Source: Hyphomicrobiaceae bacterium
GTDB taxonomy: Bacteria; Pseudomonadota; Alphaproteobacteria; Rhizobiales; Hyphomicrobiaceae
Assembly (NCBI GenBank): GCA_033812735.1
Contig: JAPXTA010000001.1
Location: 22,810-86,809, forward strand
Length of the DNA stretch: 64,000 nt
Direction of reading: 5' to 3'
Positions 61,598 to 64,000 of this stretch are shown piece after piece. The position numbers were made by a program, and so were the translations under genes. Positions within the stretch are counted from its first letter, which is position 1, and every line of letters begins with the position of its first letter. Under the pieces are notes generated by a model. It made no database searches. It had not been told where the DNA came from and saw nothing but the letters and a program-made list of their open reading frames with translations.

Positions 61598-63265
61598 GTG
61601 ATGCGCGCTGCCATCTACGCCCGGTTCTCAAGCGATCTTCAGGATGCGAGATCAATCACGGATCAGGTTAGCTTGGCGCGACGATATCTCGATGGGCGCG
61701 GTCTCCTGTTCGCGGGTGCCTATGAAGATGCGGCGATCTCCGGCGCGTCGGTCGTCAACCGCCCGGGCCTGCAGCGGCTCTTGAGCGATGCCGCGACGCG
61801 GAAGTTCGAGGTGCTGGTCACCGAAAGCTTGGACCGTCTTTCGCGCAGCCAAGCAGACATCGCTGCGCTCTATGAGCGGCTCAACTTCCTGGGCGTCCGG
61901 ATCGAAACGCTCGCCGATGGGCACGTATCCGAAATCCATGTCGGGTTGAAAGGGACGATGTCGGCGCTGTTCTTGAAGGACCTCGCGCAGAAGACCAAGC
62001 GCGGGCAGATGGGGCGAGTGAAGGCTGGTCGCATACCTGGAGGCAAGAGCTACGGTTACGACGTCGTTCCTGCCGGTGAAGATCGTGGTCGCCGGGTCAT
62101 CAACGAGCGCGAGGCTGCTGTCGTCCGGCGCATCTACACCGAATACACGCAGGGACGAGGGACGCTGGCCATCGTCAAGTCTCTCAATCAAGAGGGAATC
62201 CCTGGTCCGACCGGGAAGCCTTGGAACCTATCGACTGTCGTCGGCTCGCCCAAGCGGCGCAATGGGCTCCTGAACAACGAACTCTACAACGGCGTGATCG
62301 TCTATAACCGCCAACGCTTCATGAAGGACCCGGCGACCGGGAAGAGGGTGTCGCGTCCCAACCCCGAAAGCGAGTGGGTGCGCCAGGATGCGCCGGAGCT
62401 GCGGATCGTCGACGAAGATGTCTGGCAGGCGGCGCAACAGCTGCGAGAGTCTCGGAGCACGCCGCACTTTTATCATCGACGCCGTCCTCAGCGCCTTCTG
62501 TCTGGGCTTATCTACTGTGGCTGCTGTGGTGCCAAGTTTAACATCGTGATGCGTGATTACATGAGGTGCTCGGCGCGGACGAACAATGGTCTTTGTCCGA
62601 ACAGCCGTAGCATCAAGATGGCCGAGGTCGAACAGCGGGTGCTCGCAGCTTACGAACGTGAGGTGCTGTCGCCGGAGATGATTGAAGTTGCTCTCAGGGC
62701 ATACAGCGATGACCACGCTCGGGCGCTCGGCGACAGGGATGCAATGCGCGAACGGCTTCAGAATGAATTGGCCGACATTGAGCGGAAGTCGAGCCGCCTG
62801 CTTGGGCTGGTGGAGGACGGACACGCCGATCCGGCCGTCGCCGGTCCTCGATTGAACGAGCTCGCGACAAGGAAGCGGCAGCTCACGTCAGAGCTTGCCC
62901 TGAGACCGAATGACGCTGCACCAGTGACGGTGACCGACGGCGGTGCTGCTTACCGCGCCCTGGTCGGCGACCTCAGATCGCATCTTTTGGAGGCCCAGGA
63001 GTTGGAGGTCGATATCGATCCAGCTTCCCAGGTCATTAGAGGGACGATCCGGCGCATCACCGTATTGCCGCCAGAGGAAGAGGAACGCCAAGCCCTTGAA
63101 ATTGAAACAGGACCTTGGATGAATGCGCAGCGTGCTGAGCAGTACTGCGAAAGTGGTTGCGGGGGCCCGCAACCAATCAACTATGTCGTGCACGTACTTC
63201 CTGCGGCACCGTCGGATACGTCATTTGTTGTGCAGCGGTCGCGTGACCTCGCCGTCGCCGCATAG
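61598..63265 (+). CDS. Large serine recombinase (second copy)
   Basis: It has IYARFSSDLQ (catalytic Ser), LDRLSRS, SYGYDVV and the Zn-ribbon CGCCGAKFNIVMRDYMRCSARTNNGLCPN. Confidence 0.9.
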   Translation: MMRAAIYARFSSDLQDARSITDQVSLARRYLDGRGLLFAGAYEDAAISGASVVNRPGLQRLLSDAATRKFEVLVTESLDRLSRSQADIAALYERLNFLGVRIETLADGHVSEIHVGLKGTMSALFLKDLAQKTKRGQMGRVKAGRIPGGKSYGYDVVPAGEDRGRRVINEREAAVVRRIYTEYTQGRGTLAIVKSLNQEGIPGPTGKPWNLSTVVGSPKRRNGLLNNELYNGVIVYNRQRFMKDPATGKRVSRPNPESEWVRQDAPELRIVDEDVWQAAQQLRESRSTPHFYHRRRPQRLLSGLIYCGCCGAKFNIVMRDYMRCSARTNNGLCPNSRSIKMAEVEQRVLAAYEREVLSPEMIEVALRAYSDDHARALGDRDAMRERLQNELADIERKSSRLLGLVEDGHADPAVAGPRLNELATRKRQLTSELALRPNDAAPVTVTDGGAAYRALVGDLRSHLLEAQELEVDIDPASQVIRGTIRRITVLPPEEEERQALEIETGPWMNAQRAEQYCESGCGGPQPINYVVHVLPAAPSDTSFVVQRSRDLAVAA

Positions 63266-63486
63266 GTAACGGCCTCTTCCGTTTTCTGATCCTTTTTCTG
63301 TTCACTGCTTGCGCGGCCCGTCGTTTGCATTTTCTCCGGCTTCGCCCGTGCCTGTTTCTGCGATCATGGGTCGTTTATACAGCTCCGAAAATCCGCATGC
63401 ACGACATCAACTTGATATCATCTATTTTTGCTGCACTCCGCGTATTGGCCACCTCGCGCTGAAGTCACTGCGCTAAAGAACCTGAT

Positions 63487-63515
63487 ACCAGCTTGATTTG
63501 AAGCTGGTTTCTTTC
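63487..63515 (+). terminator. Rho-independent terminator-like hairpin
   Basis: ACCAGCTT-gatttg-AAGCTGGT is followed by TTCTTTC. It lies about 220 nt downstream of the recombinase stop, so which gene it serves is unclear. Confidence 0.35.
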
Positions 63516-63795
63516 ATCGCGTTTGCCGCGTCCATAAATCTTGTCCGTCGACATGCGGACGAGGCTGATGGCGAAGACCTCAGACATCGCTGAAACGTTG
63601 ACGTGGCGCTCGGAAAGTCCGTGCGTCTCGCCAGAAGTCGGCGTCGGTCTAGACGATCAAGTGCTTACGATCGCCGACGATCTCCCGCACGACGCAGCCA
63701 TCAGCTCATCCGAAATCGACGCCATCGAGCGCTACATGAGCGACGTCCTCGATGTGGTGCTCGGAAGTGGTCAGGCCAAGTGAGGAACATACGCG

Positions 63796-64000
63796 ATGAG
63801 TAAGAACGGCAACGAAGACGACAGGGATATCATCCGCGAGTTTGCGCACGAACTTTACAATTCGTGCGATCCCGCGCTTCGCGATGACCTGTTGCGATAC
63901 GTCCGGCGGATGTCTTTCCCGCTTCACAGGAAGCGGCACGAGCGGTTCGTCCGAGAGCTCTCAGAATGCTTCCCAGCTGGCGACAGCTCTGACACATTGA
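63796..64000 (+). CDS. Partial ORF running off the window end
   Basis: From the ATG at 63796, MSKNGNEDDRDIIREFAHELYNSCDPALRDDLLRYVRRM..., there is no stop before the window ends. Confidence 0.3.
   Translation, partial: MSKNGNEDDRDIIREFAHELYNSCDPALRDDLLRYVRRMSFPLHRKRHERFVRELSECFPAGDSSDTL

Overview
This is a visibly GC-rich segment (composition judged by eye, not computed) that looks like an alphaproteobacterial plasmid or ICE carrying several accessory islands. No rRNA, tRNA or CRISPR array was recognised.

- **0.2-18 kb:** a 1266-aa orphan ORF, a large serine recombinase and a complete Type I R-M (hsdR/M/S). Next come a HigB-like gene with an HTH::ImmA-peptidase fusion, and a thymidylate-synthase-fold enzyme carrying a cytosine-type specificity residue that is translationally coupled to an unknown 306-aa protein. 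The block ends, across an AT-rich divergent promoter region, with a pyruvyltransferase-like/GT2 fusion.
- **18-31 kb:** a four-gene translationally coupled ArdC operon ending in a PD-(D/E)xK-like protein. A Type II-short CBASS follows (CD-NTase, E2-like protein, Cap5 HNH-SAVED). Its divergent neighbour is an unusual triad of ECF-sigma-like protein, helical protein and ImmA/IrrE-like peptidase, with a GAAC-N7-GAAC box in the shared promoter region. An XRE regulator and AbiEi/AbiEii close this part.
- **31-48.8 kb:** backbone functions. These are umuDC with an SOS box, relaxase plus MobC, and a long operon of about 11 tightly coupled small genes that includes an orphan N6-adenine MTase. A T4CP without TM segments, ParA with an RHH partner, a 22-bp-periodic iteron array and RepA follow.
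- **48.8-61.3 kb:** a lower-GC island with very AT-rich intergenic regions. It holds two paralogous Cys-motif proteins and a Fim-sized tyrosine recombinase abutting a perfect 17-bp inverted-repeat pair, which is a candidate invertible switch. It also holds a DotA/TraY-like polytopic membrane protein and a minimal Hint-domain protein. A second large serine recombinase follows.

The candidates I rank highest for novelty are:
1. the TS-fold enzyme and partner module;
2. the sigma/ImmA triad next to CBASS;
3. the invertible-switch island.

All family assignments come from motif reading and memory. No searches were run.
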